From: an uncultured Pelagibacteraceae bacterium
GTDB lineage: Bacteria > Pseudomonadota > Alphaproteobacteria > Pelagibacterales > AG-422-B15
DNA: 64,000 bases
Direction: 5' to 3'
NCBI GenBank assembly: GCA_902518955.1
Contig: CABYIR010000004.1
Span: forward strand, 7,094 to 71,093
Of the stretch, positions 1 through 9,335 are shown in pieces (the first letter of the stretch is position 1; every line of letters starts with the position of its first letter). The notes under the pieces are model-generated. The model did not search any database, had not been told where the DNA came from, and worked only from the letters and a program-made list of their open reading frames with translations. The position numbers and the translations under genes are program-made.

Positions 1-429
1 ATCAGCACAGGCTTCATGTAAACCAAAAGTTTCGGCATGATCTGTAATAGCAGCAAAGTCTAGAGGTCTTGAAATTTGCATTGTTTCTCCGTACATATTT
101 ATCAATGGTTTACCTCTAGCAAACGCATATGACTCATCTGGATCGAAACGAGTATTAAAAATATAGGCATCAAAAGAAAAGCTGGAGTGAACATGTAGGT
201 CTCCAAAATAAACATTCTTTAGTTTATTTTTTTCTTTGAAACGATTTTCTTGAAATTCCCATTGTAGGAATGCATCTTCATTCTGTTGTGCCGCTATCGC
301 TTTATACTTTTCAATATCTTCTTTAGTTAATAAAGGGGCATTTAAGTATGATTGCAGATAAAAATATCCACCAAGTAAAATTGCACTAAAAGTGAGCAAT
401 CCTATAATGATCAAATTCTTTCTACTCAT
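1..429 (-). CDS. DUF3604-like secreted hydrolase family protein, N-terminal part (gene continues past the left edge)
   Basis: Absent from the ORF track because the window edge truncates it. ATG at 429-427 opens MSRKNLIIIGLLTFSAILLGGYFYLQ (signal/anchor), followed by NVYFGDLHVHSSFSFDAYIFNTRFDPDESYAFARGKP. I associate the DLHVHSxxSFDA block with DUF3604 proteins. Confidence 0.45.
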   Translation of the reverse strand, partial: MSRKNLIIIGLLTFSAILLGGYFYLQSYLNAPLLTKEDIEKYKAIAAQQNEDAFLQWEFQENRFKEKNKLKNVYFGDLHVHSSFSFDAYIFNTRFDPDESYAFARGKPLINMYGETMQISRPLDFAAITDHAETFGLHEACAD

Positions 430-449
430 TGCTGGTTAGTGTAGACTAT

Positions 450-1091
450 TTATGGATAGTTTAGACCATCTTTTTTGAGCATTTCAACTAGATCATCAAA
501 TCGATCTTGCCCAAAAAAGAACTTATCTTTATAGACTGACAAAGGGACGCCGTGATGACCTGCTTCTAACTGTTCTTTTTGATTAATTTTTATTTCATTT
601 ATCAAATTTTCTTCGTTTGCAATTCGCTTCTCTTCAATTTGTGCAAAATTTAACCCTACTCTTAGAGATGATTCTGAAATTGACTCATCAGAATTCCAAT
701 TTTTAAATCCGCTCCAAATTTTATGTGAAACTTCTACTGCGAAGTCAAGTTGCTTATCTTTATCAATTGCTTGGCAAAAATGACATAATTTAAAAATATA
801 TGGCTGGTGATCAGATATTTTACCTGTAAGCAAATTTTGATTGATTGGATCAGGGTTTGGCTTAACAAATATCATATTATTTTTTTTAGCCTGTCTAACA
901 TAATCAATTCTTCTAATTAAAAAATATGTAAAAATATTTTTACCCTTAAAAAATTCTGGTTCTCTTATAGCTAAGGGATAAACTTGTTTAAAATTGATAT
1001 CGATTCCATATTTGTCTCTTAATTTTACTATTCGAGGTAAAATTAAATATGAATAAGGACTCCGAAATGAAAAATATAAATCTACTTTCAT
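450..1091 (-). CDS. DsbA-like thioredoxin-fold protein, 2-hydroxychromene-2-carboxylate isomerase family
   Basis: 213 aa. N-terminus MKVDLYFSFRSPYSYL and C-terminal GVPLSVYKDKFFFGQDRFDDL are typical of the HCCA isomerase/DsbA family. Its start overlaps the upstream gene's stop by 4 nt. Confidence 0.65.
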   Translation of the reverse strand: MKVDLYFSFRSPYSYLILPRIVKLRDKYGIDINFKQVYPLAIREPEFFKGKNIFTYFLIRRIDYVRQAKKNNMIFVKPNPDPINQNLLTGKISDHQPYIFKLCHFCQAIDKDKQLDFAVEVSHKIWSGFKNWNSDESISESSLRVGLNFAQIEEKRIANEENLINEIKINQKEQLEAGHHGVPLSVYKDKFFFGQDRFDDLVEMLKKDGLNYP

Positions 1092-2137
1092 ATTATATTT
1101 AAAATTTTCTCACAACCCGTGCCATCTAATAACTTATCTACTTTTTCCATATCTATCTTGGATAACATATTATATTCCTCATTAATCCATTTCAAACATT
1201 TTGCCTGGTAAGGGAATGATTTTTGTCTCCAAATACATCCATCAATCTCTGTTTCCCATTCTTTTTCTTCATTTTCAATTGCTTTTGCATTTGCAAGCAA
1301 TGCGGGAACATAGCCTTTTCCAATCTCAGTCAATAGTTCTTTAATCGTAGATGGGATATCTTCATATTTAAACCAGTCATCATCTGAAACTTCTAAGCCT
1401 GAGAGATCCTCAATAACACCAACCCACGCTACAGTTCTCATTGAAACCTCATGTACTATTTCTCGTGGTGTTGGATCAAAATTCACTAGCTGACTAAATT
1501 GTCCAAATAGGGCGAAGTCACTTGATGATGGCCTTTTACCAATTAAATATGGAAAAGATGTAAAATGCTTTTGAAGAATTACAAGAAGTCGCCTTAAGCT
1601 TGCATCAATAATTGGCGCCGTATCTTTATTTGAACCGACAACCCATAATCTATCAATTTGTCTTTTACTGAACATTTTATTGAAGTTATCTAGCACTTCA
1701 TCTGATATTGACCCCATAATCTGAAGCGGCAAAATTGTTCCAGCGTTTTCAGCATCTTTCTTGTCATTCCACCTGTAGTGAAACATAAATTTTGTACACC
1801 ATTCATCAGCAAAATCCTCTAACAGATAATTTAAAAAAGCTAGAACTGGATCTGTTGGAATTGTACTTCGTTCACCTGCTTCACTTTCAATTCTTCGAAT
1901 AAGTGGAGTTGAGTCAGTTTCAGCTTTTAAATCACCATTTTCATCTGGCAAAAGGAAAGTTGGAAATAAAACTGGTTTTGGTTTTTCTATTTCTATTTTT
2001 GCTTTACTGAAATAAGTATCAACATCACTCCAAATCATTGTGTAAGGTATTCTCTTATACCTCAAAAAAGACAACATCTTACGAGTATACGGTGATCCGT
2101 TTGCACCTATTAATTTTATTGGATTTGGTAAACTCAT
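1088..2137 (-). CDS. Glutathione S-transferase-like protein (long form, N-terminal GST/thioredoxin-like domain)
   Basis: 349 aa. The N-terminal block GSPYTRKMLSFLRYKRIPY resembles a GST_N/glutaredoxin-like fold. The C-terminal half is helical and not recognised further. Confidence 0.5.
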   Translation of the reverse strand: MSLPNPIKLIGANGSPYTRKMLSFLRYKRIPYTMIWSDVDTYFSKAKIEIEKPKPVLFPTFLLPDENGDLKAETDSTPLIRRIESEAGERSTIPTDPVLAFLNYLLEDFADEWCTKFMFHYRWNDKKDAENAGTILPLQIMGSISDEVLDNFNKMFSKRQIDRLWVVGSNKDTAPIIDASLRRLLVILQKHFTSFPYLIGKRPSSSDFALFGQFSQLVNFDPTPREIVHEVSMRTVAWVGVIEDLSGLEVSDDDWFKYEDIPSTIKELLTEIGKGYVPALLANAKAIENEEKEWETEIDGCIWRQKSFPYQAKCLKWINEEYNMLSKIDMEKVDKLLDGTGCEKILNII

Positions 2138-2153
2138 AAATAATTTCTCTTAT

Positions 2154-2840
2154 TTACTTCTGAATAATTTTTGAACCTGTATTCTTAAGCTCATCAGATT
2201 TTTTCATATTTTTCATCATAGCTACGATATCAATTGGAACTGAAACACCTTTCTTGCAAGCGGGACGCTCCTCCATCGTATTCATCCATCTTTGAAGTCC
2301 ATCTAGACCATCAATATTAATACCAGACCATTTATAAATTCTAACCCAACACCAGTTGGCAATATCAGCGATACTAAAATCATCAGCTAGATATTCGTTA
2401 TCTTTTAAACGAGTTTCCATAACTTCAAACAATCGTCTTCCTTCATTCTGATAACGATCAATTGCAGGTTGAATTTTCTCACCAGGCCAATACCTATAAA
2501 ATACATTGGCTTGTCCCATCATGGGACCAATTCCCCCCATCTGAAACATGAGCCACTGCATGACTTTGGACCTAGCTTTTGTCTCAGTTGGCAACAACTT
2601 TCCTGCTTTTTCAGCTAAATAAATCAACTGAGCACCACTCTCCATAATAGATAAATTATCATTATCTGTATCGACTATTACGGGTATTCTTCCATTAGGA
2701 TTTAACTCTAAAAATTCTGGTTTCTTTTGATCACCAGATTGTAAGTTGACGACATGAACATTATACGGAATAACTAATTCCTCTAGAGCAACAGATATTT
2801 TGTAACCATTTGGTGTAGGTGAAGTATATAACTCAATCAT
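2154..2840 (-). CDS. Glutathione S-transferase, Nu-class (YfcG/YghU-like)
   Basis: [26 protein letters not shown]...[11 protein letters not shown] matches the YfcG-type GST N-terminus. I prefer the ATG at 2840 (M9 of the track ORF), which gives an 8-nt ATGATTGA overlap with the upstream stop. Confidence 0.75.
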   Translation of the reverse strand: MIELYTSPTPNGYKISVALEELVIPYNVHVVNLQSGDQKKPEFLELNPNGRIPVIVDTDNDNLSIMESGAQLIYLAEKAGKLLPTETKARSKVMQWLMFQMGGIGPMMGQANVFYRYWPGEKIQPAIDRYQNEGRRLFEVMETRLKDNEYLADDFSIADIANWCWVRIYKWSGINIDGLDGLQRWMNTMEERPACKKGVSVPIDIVAMMKNMKKSDELKNTGSKIIQK

Positions 2841-3261
2841 CAAATATGCCTTCAACTGACTCAATATTTAATTGTCCTGCAAGTCCTGCCTCTCTATGTT
2901 GATAGCCTTCTAATAATTCAGGATCTGAAGGCATCATATTTTCACCCATGACTTTTTTTGATGGCCACTTTGCAATTGCCACAGCATCCCATAATTCATC
3001 AACTTTACCAACTGTAATTCTTGTTACTTTCGATTTAAAGATTACTTCTCCACCGAGTTCTATGAGATGCTTTTCGATAATTTCTCCATATAGTGCATAA
3101 GCTTCTCGTCCACTAAGTGATGTTTCTCTTCCATCTTTATATTCAGCTTTTTCTTTAAACTTAAGGAGGTTGATCATATAAATAGGTCGATTATCACTAT
3201 CTTCTTCAAAAAACCCTTTCATCTGCTCTCGGTTTGGATAAACACGATTTTCTACTTTCAT
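2833..3261 (-). CDS. DUF1330-like small protein
   Basis: 142 aa. [15 protein letters not shown]...EAYALYG...GGEVIF resembles DUF1330 family members. 4-nt overlap with the upstream gene. Confidence 0.45.
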   Translation of the reverse strand: MKVENRVYPNREQMKGFFEEDSDNRPIYMINLLKFKEKAEYKDGRETSLSGREAYALYGEIIEKHLIELGGEVIFKSKVTRITVGKVDELWDAVAIAKWPSKKVMGENMMPSDPELLEGYQHREAGLAGQLNIESVEGIFDD

Positions 3262-3731
3262 CTTTGTTTCCTTTCAATTAACGAGATAAAAAACATTATT
3301 AGTGTAACAAATAACATAATACTTGTCCCCACGAAACCTCCAGGCGCAGTTGAGGAAAAATATACTGGCTCTAAATTATGCATCATCATTGTAATAATTC
3401 TAAGTATATTATCTGCTACTAAAATTAACCAGGCTATTGAAAGAAGACTTTTATATTTCAAAAGAATGATGACAAGAAATACAAATACTACTATTTGAGA
3501 TCCACCCCACAATGAACCCATTGCATAAATAACACTATTGGGATCTAAATTATTAACGACAGGAAAAATTATAATTGAAGCTATTGAATTTAGGCCTGCA
3601 TCTTGAGCAAACATATGTGTAAAAGATCTAAACGCTATTAAAGCTAAATATAGATAAAAAAACCATAGAGCTAAACCTATCCCCCGATAATTATTGTTCG
3701 CTTCATCTGGAAAAATAGGTAGAAACTTCAT
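3258..3731 (-). CDS. Hypothetical integral membrane protein (about 4-5 TM)
   Basis: 157 aa and strongly hydrophobic throughout. Abuts the nitronate monooxygenase gene with a zero-nt spacer. No family recognised. Confidence 0.4.
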   Translation of the reverse strand: MKFLPIFPDEANNNYRGIGLALWFFYLYLALIAFRSFTHMFAQDAGLNSIASIIIFPVVNNLDPNSVIYAMGSLWGGSQIVVFVFLVIILLKYKSLLSIAWLILVADNILRIITMMMHNLEPVYFSSTAPGGFVGTSIMLFVTLIMFFISLIERKQR

Positions 3732-4661
3732 TTAAATAGTAAAATTATGATTTCCCATATTTTTACATATTTCATTAAATTGAGTAATCGTTCCATTAAT
3801 TATCGTATCAACACTCTTAATCTCATCAATTAAGCCAATAGATTGTCCTGCGAGCGCGGGTGCCGCATTCATATCGCCATTAAAATATAAATTTTTAATT
3901 CCCATCATTGATGACATGTCCATATGTCCTTCATCATAAATTTTTTTTGTAAAATCAGTTTTTAATGCTCTGACACATGGTTTTGATTTTTTATTTAATA
4001 TATATGTTCCTTGCTCATCTGAATTTAGGATTGTTTGTTTGAAATTTTCATGTACTGGGCTTTCCTTTGAAGAAACAAATCTTGTTCCCATTTGAATGCC
4101 CTCAGCTCCAGCTGCAAAAGCCGCAGCCATTCCCACTCCATCAACAATTCCGCCTGCAGCTATCATCGGTAAATCAGTATGTTTACGAATTGATTGCAGT
4201 AAAACATATAGACCAACCTCCTCTGGGTTTTTAAACCCACCACCTTCTGTTCCCTCAACCACCAATCCATCAACTCCAGCTCTTACAGCTTTAAGAGCGC
4301 CAGCAAGACTGGGAACAGCGTGAAATACTTTTATCCCAGCGTCTTTAAGAACATGAATAAACTTTGCTGGATCACCAGCTGAAGTTGTTACAAATTTTAT
4401 ATTCTCATCAATAACTAAATTAATCATACTTTCATCTTGAAGAAATAAGATTGGAAGATTAACACCAAAAGGTTTATCAGTTAGGTCGCTCATTGCTCTG
4501 ATTTCATTCTTACAGTTTTCTGTTTCACCTGATGACGTCTCAATGATTCCAAATCCCCCAGCATTTGAAACAGCTGAAGCTAATTGACTTCTAGCAATCC
4601 AGCCCATTGGTGCTTGTATGATTGGATATTTTGAACCTAATATCTCAGTAATTCTGTTCAT
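3732..4661 (-). CDS. Nitronate monooxygenase / 2-nitropropane dioxygenase family (FabK-like FMN enzyme)
   Basis: 309 aa. YPIIQAPMGWIARSQLASAVSNAGGFGIIE and the GGIVDG/GAEGIQMGTRF blocks are typical of the NMO family. Confidence 0.75.
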   Translation of the reverse strand: MNRITEILGSKYPIIQAPMGWIARSQLASAVSNAGGFGIIETSSGETENCKNEIRAMSDLTDKPFGVNLPILFLQDESMINLVIDENIKFVTTSAGDPAKFIHVLKDAGIKVFHAVPSLAGALKAVRAGVDGLVVEGTEGGGFKNPEEVGLYVLLQSIRKHTDLPMIAAGGIVDGVGMAAAFAAGAEGIQMGTRFVSSKESPVHENFKQTILNSDEQGTYILNKKSKPCVRALKTDFTKKIYDEGHMDMSSMMGIKNLYFNGDMNAAPALAGQSIGLIDEIKSVDTIINGTITQFNEICKNMGNHNFTI

Positions 4662-4676
4662 GTTTCAATGCTAATG

Positions 4677-4707
4677 TATTGACACTATTAATGTCAATAT
4701 ATATCCT
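4677..4707. promoter_or_regulatory. Palindromic operator candidate overlapping a divergent promoter (TATTGACA-N7-TGTCAATA)
   Basis: Perfect 8-bp inverted arms at 4677-4684 and 4692-4699. Each arm contains a consensus TTGACA hexamer, one facing each gene. For the plus strand, TATCCT/TATATC lies 15-17 nt downstream and is -10-like. Sits in the 65-nt spacer between the NMO-cluster start (4661) and the tetR start (4727). Confidence 0.45.
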
Positions 4708-4726
4708 TAACTAAATTTTAAATATT

Positions 4727-5341
4727 ATGACCATTAAATCAGAGCAAAAATCACTGTCGACAAAAAAAGATGGCCGTCATCTAAGAAGTGTAAAAACACA
4801 AGAATCGATTGTTAATTCAACGATTGAATTATTAATGGAATCTCCTTCGACTCAATGGCCTACTGCAGAACAAGTGGCAAAGCATTCAAATATTGGTTTG
4901 AGAACTGTTTTTAGACAATTTGATGATATGGATGGCCTTATAAGCTCTTGCCATGAAAAAATTATGGCTGAATTTGAAAATTTTTTATCTACCAAGCCGT
5001 CAAAAGAGAAGGCTCTAGGAAATCGTATTACATTTTTAATTAAGGAAAGAATAGAGATATACTCAAAATATAAGAATGTATTTGCATCCTCAATTATGAA
5101 TATGCAAAGGTTCAAAAGTGTTCGTGAAGGATTCATTGAAGGAAATTTAAGACTCAAAAAAAGATTTGAAGATATTATACCAGAAGCTCTTAAGCTGTCT
5201 TTACTAGATCAAGCTTATTTAGATACATCTATTTCATTTGCATCTTGGTACAGACTCTCAATTTTTTATAAATTTTCAGATCAAATGATAATTGATAAAT
5301 TTTCATCTGAAACAAACAAACTCTTAAATCTAGAAGGATAA
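4727..5341 (+). CDS. TetR/AcrR family transcriptional regulator
   Basis: 204 aa. The N-terminal helix-turn-helix region TQESIVNSTIELLMES...TAEQVAKHSNIGLRTVFRQF is TetR_N-like. Confidence 0.7.
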   Translation: MTIKSEQKSLSTKKDGRHLRSVKTQESIVNSTIELLMESPSTQWPTAEQVAKHSNIGLRTVFRQFDDMDGLISSCHEKIMAEFENFLSTKPSKEKALGNRITFLIKERIEIYSKYKNVFASSIMNMQRFKSVREGFIEGNLRLKKRFEDIIPEALKLSLLDQAYLDTSISFASWYRLSIFYKFSDQMIIDKFSSETNKLLNLEG

Positions 5342-5345
5342 ATAA

Positions 5346-6197
5346 ATGTATAAATCATTAGTTTCTAAGACAATAATAATTCTTTTGAGTTTTTTGATTA
5401 TTCTCGCATTATCGCTTCCAATATTATTGAAGTCTCTTGGACTTCATCCTGATTATGATAGCAAAACATTTGAACTTAATGGAAGGAAAGCATTAATAAT
5501 TACTTCAAGCCACAACGTATTAAATCTTCCTGGAGAAGTTAGAGGAAAACCAACTGGAGTAGCGAGTTCAGAAATTACTGTCCCTTATTATGAGTTCATG
5601 AATAGTGGCATGAATGTAGACCTTGCAAGTATTAAAGGTGGTGAAATACCAATTGATCCTGAAACATTAATTTATTTGATAAGAACACAATCAGATAAAA
5701 AATTTCAAAATGATATCGAGGCAATGAAAAAACTTAAAAACTCAATGCTCATTGATAATGTAGATTTCACTAAATACGATTTGATCTATATAGCGGGTGG
5801 CTGGGGAGCTGCTTACGATTTAGGCTATTCTGAAATTCTGGGTTCAAAAATATCTGAAGCTTACTACGCAAATAAGATTATTGGCGCGGTATGTCATGGT
5901 CCACTTGGACTGATAAATGCTAAAGACAAGAATGGAAACCTACTTATTTCTGGAAGAAAGATGACAGGAGCAACTGATAAACAAATTAAAGAACTTGGAA
6001 TTGAAATGACTCCTCAACATCCAGAAACTGAGTTGAGGAAAGCAGGGGTTATATTTGAGAGTAAGTCAAAATTCAATGATCTTTTTGCAAATCATGTTGC
6101 TGTTGATGATGAAAGACGTTTTGTAACTGGTCAAAATCAGAACGCAGGACATGAAACTGCTCAAATGATGATGTCAATATTAGTCGAGGAGATCTAA
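5346..6197 (+). CDS. DJ-1/PfpI (type 1 glutamine amidotransferase-like) protein with N-terminal membrane anchor
   Basis: 283 aa. Nucleophile-elbow block IGAVCHGPLGL. N-terminal TM segment IIILLSFLIILALSLPILL. Confidence 0.65.
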   Translation: MYKSLVSKTIIILLSFLIILALSLPILLKSLGLHPDYDSKTFELNGRKALIITSSHNVLNLPGEVRGKPTGVASSEITVPYYEFMNSGMNVDLASIKGGEIPIDPETLIYLIRTQSDKKFQNDIEAMKKLKNSMLIDNVDFTKYDLIYIAGGWGAAYDLGYSEILGSKISEAYYANKIIGAVCHGPLGLINAKDKNGNLLISGRKMTGATDKQIKELGIEMTPQHPETELRKAGVIFESKSKFNDLFANHVAVDDERRFVTGQNQNAGHETAQMMMSILVEEI

Positions 6198-6575
6198 ATG
6201 AATAAATTTTTAGTAGTTTTAATTACAATCTTTGGTTTTCAATTTTTAATCATAGGTCTTATGTGGATTGCATCACCTTATAATGCTGCTGCAACATTTG
6301 GGATTTTTTCACTTTCCGAAGGCATTGGTTTGAGTTCTCAATTAGGCGATACGGGATCATACTTCCTAAGTTTAGGCATTATGATGATTGCTGCAGTATA
6401 TACTCAGAAATCAATATGGTTCTATGCGCCATCAATCATGTTATCTATAACTGCAATTTATAGGATACTATCTTGGCTCCTTCATGATGCTGCATTTGCA
6501 ACTCAATTCATAGCCGCTGAAATATTTATTGTTCTTTTACTTCTATATACTTCAAAGAGGATTTCTGAAAAATAA
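6198..6575 (+). CDS. Small 4-TM membrane protein, unknown function
   Basis: 125 aa with four hydrophobic segments. Zero-nt spacers on both sides. Confidence 0.45.
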   Translation: MNKFLVVLITIFGFQFLIIGLMWIASPYNAAATFGIFSLSEGIGLSSQLGDTGSYFLSLGIMMIAAVYTQKSIWFYAPSIMLSITAIYRILSWLLHDAAFATQFIAAEIFIVLLLLYTSKRISEK

Positions 6576-7640
6576 ATGAGGGTATTAAAATATATTATTT
6601 TTGCTCTATTATTTTCAATTGTTGCTGGATTCTTTGCATTAAGGACAGAAATTGTTCAAATGTATCTTGTAGAAATGCAGGTTGAGAGAATACTTAATCG
6701 ACCGAGCCCTCTTCCAGAAGAAGATTCTTTATCTGGACTACTTTGTGGATCGAGAGGACCATTACCCTCAGTTGGCACTGCTGAAACATGTATTTTAATC
6801 AAAGCTGGTGAGAGAATATTTATCGTTGATGCGGGAGATGGAAGTATAACAAACTTAAGAGATTGGGGAATTGATTTAGGTAAGATTGAGGCATTTTTAT
6901 TAACGCACACTCACTCGGACCATTTTTCTGATTTAGCTGATTTACACTTGAATGCATGGGTAACTCAAAATCGAACGGATAAACTTAAGGTTTATGGACC
7001 AGAAGGAACGCAGAAGGTTACAGATGGATTTGAAGCAACTTACGCCCTTGATTACAAATGGAGGTCTGAACATCATGGTAATGATGTTGCCCCAATACAA
7101 TTTGCCGGTTTTGACACTCATATAATTGATATAGAAAGTTCAATTGTCATTGAGGATGATGATTTAAGAGTTACAGCTTTTTTAGTTGATCATGACCCTG
7201 TTAAACCATCTATAGGATACAGATTTGATTATAAAGGTCGATCCATCACTATAAGTGGTGATACATCTTATAGTGAAAATGTAATTAAACATGCAGAAAA
7301 AACTGATCTATTGTTTCATGAAGCGCTCTCTTACAGACTTAACAGAGCTGCGGCTACCGCCGCGTATAAAGTCGATGAAACAGGCAACTTATCAGCTATA
7401 CTCATTGATGTGCTTGATTACCACACATCTCCAACGCAGGCTGCTAAGGCTGCTCAATTAGCGAAAGCAAAACATCTTATCTTTTATCATCTCATCCCAT
7501 ATCCGGAAGGATTAGTTGCTAAAATGTTATTCTTTGATGGTGTAAATGATATTTATAAAAATTGGACGATTGGTCGAGATGGAGTAATGGGTATTCTTCC
7601 CGTAAATTCTGACAAAGTTAAAATAACATACATAGATTAA
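6576..7640 (+). CDS. MBL-fold metallo-hydrolase (RNase Z/ElaC-like) with N-terminal membrane anchor
   Basis: 354 aa. Metal-binding motif LLTHTHSDHFSD. N-terminal TM segment IIFALLFSIVAGFFAL. Confidence 0.7.
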   Translation: MRVLKYIIFALLFSIVAGFFALRTEIVQMYLVEMQVERILNRPSPLPEEDSLSGLLCGSRGPLPSVGTAETCILIKAGERIFIVDAGDGSITNLRDWGIDLGKIEAFLLTHTHSDHFSDLADLHLNAWVTQNRTDKLKVYGPEGTQKVTDGFEATYALDYKWRSEHHGNDVAPIQFAGFDTHIIDIESSIVIEDDDLRVTAFLVDHDPVKPSIGYRFDYKGRSITISGDTSYSENVIKHAEKTDLLFHEALSYRLNRAAATAAYKVDETGNLSAILIDVLDYHTSPTQAAKAAQLAKAKHLIFYHLIPYPEGLVAKMLFFDGVNDIYKNWTIGRDGVMGILPVNSDKVKITYID

Positions 7641-9301
7641 TGTTAAAAAAAATCTTTTTTGGAATTGCATTATTAATTCTCATTGTAGCTACATTATGGA
7701 TTTACCGAGTTGAAGTTGTGGTGTGGGCAATTCCAAAGATACTTAAATTCACAGAACCAGTAGCAGAATATAAGGAAGTGGTGTGGCCCGAAGGTCCATC
7801 AGACCCTGAACTCCCGTTGCTAGATAGAAAACCAAACATTATTCTCATTCTAGCTGATGATTTGGGGTTTAATGATGTTTCTCTATACAATGGAGGAGCA
7901 GGTGATGGAACTCTCATGACACCTAACATTGATAGAATTGGAAAAGAGGGTGTTCAATTCAATAGTGGTTATGCAGCAAGCGCAAGCTGTTCGCCATCGC
8001 GCGCATCTCTTATGACAGGTCGATATGCTACAAGGTTTGGCTATGAATTTACTCCTTTTTATTCTATTGGACGTACAATTTTTAAATGGATGGATGAAAT
8101 TGAAAATCCTCTCATAAGGACTCAATTCGCTGAGGTTTCTGAAGAAAATTTTATTGGAGATGAAGGATATACAGGGATGCCATCTAGTGAAATTACAATT
8201 GCTGAAGTTTTAAAACAACAAGGTTATTATAATGCTCACATCGGTAAGTGGCATTTAGGTGATACGAAAGGACAGCTGCCAACTGACCAAGGCTTTGATG
8301 ATAGCCTGCAGTTATTAAGTCCTCTCTATCTTCCTAAAGATGATCCAGATGTTGTCAACGCATATACGGATGCAGGAGTTGATCGAATGGTTTGGGCCGC
8401 CTCTCAGTTTTCAGTAAGGTTTAATGGAGGCGAGTCATATGAGCCTGGAGGTTATATAACTGATTTTTATACTGATGAAGCTCTTAAAGTTATTAAAAAT
8501 AATAAAAATAGACCTTTCTTTCTCTATTTAGGGCACTTTGCTCCTCATAATCCTCTTCAAGCATTAAAAGAAGATTACGATCATTTTCATCATCTATCAA
8601 AAGAAGATGATCATGGACTTAGAGTTTATTCTGCAATGATTAGATCATTAGATCGTAGTGTTGGAAAAGTACTTGATGCTCTTGACGAATATAATCTTTC
8701 TGAAAATACCTTAATTATATTTTCAAGCGATAACGGAGGTGCAAATTATATTCATCTCTCTGATATTAATAAGCCTTATCGAGGTTGGAAGTTAAATCAT
8801 TTTGAAGGAGGATTGCACATACCATTCATGGCAAAATGGCCTACTGAAATAAAACCAGGAACTATTTTTGATCATCCAATACATCAAAATGATATTTTTA
8901 GCACATTCGCAGCAGCAGCTGATGCGTCTATTCCTAATGATAGAATTATAGATGGTAAAAATATCATACCCTTTATAAAGGAAAATAAACCTCCTCACGA
9001 AACTCTCTTTTGGAGATCAGGAAGACTTCAAACTGTTTTGCACGATGAATGGAAAATGATTGTCGATAAAAACCAAAATAAAAAATGGCTTTTTGATTTG
9101 AGCAATGACCCAACCGAGAGGAATAATTTAGTAGATCAGATGTCAGAAAAAGTAGAACTATTAGAAAAAATACTTGAAGAGCATAACAGTCAACAAGTTG
9201 AACCAAATTTTATGAGTGTTATTGCAACTCCTGTTCGTTTAGACAAACATGATGGCGAGGAATGGTCTGAAGACGATGAGTACACTTATTGGGATAATTA
9301 A
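7640..9301 (+). CDS. Cys-type sulfatase (arylsulfatase A family) with N-terminal membrane anchor
   Basis: 553 aa. NIILILADDLGFNDVS metal-site block and formylglycine motif SCSPSRASLMTGRY (C-x-P-x-R). 1-nt overlap with the MBL gene. Confidence 0.85.
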   Translation: MLKKIFFGIALLILIVATLWIYRVEVVVWAIPKILKFTEPVAEYKEVVWPEGPSDPELPLLDRKPNIILILADDLGFNDVSLYNGGAGDGTLMTPNIDRIGKEGVQFNSGYAASASCSPSRASLMTGRYATRFGYEFTPFYSIGRTIFKWMDEIENPLIRTQFAEVSEENFIGDEGYTGMPSSEITIAEVLKQQGYYNAHIGKWHLGDTKGQLPTDQGFDDSLQLLSPLYLPKDDPDVVNAYTDAGVDRMVWAASQFSVRFNGGESYEPGGYITDFYTDEALKVIKNNKNRPFFLYLGHFAPHNPLQALKEDYDHFHHLSKEDDHGLRVYSAMIRSLDRSVGKVLDALDEYNLSENTLIIFSSDNGGANYIHLSDINKPYRGWKLNHFEGGLHIPFMAKWPTEIKPGTIFDHPIHQNDIFSTFAAAADASIPNDRIIDGKNIIPFIKENKPPHETLFWRSGRLQTVLHDEWKMIVDKNQNKKWLFDLSNDPTERNNLVDQMSEKVELLEKILEEHNSQQVEPNFMSVIATPVRLDKHDGEEWSEDDEYTYWDN

Positions 9302-9335
9302 TTAAATTAGATTAATTATAGTTACTTTTCATTTT

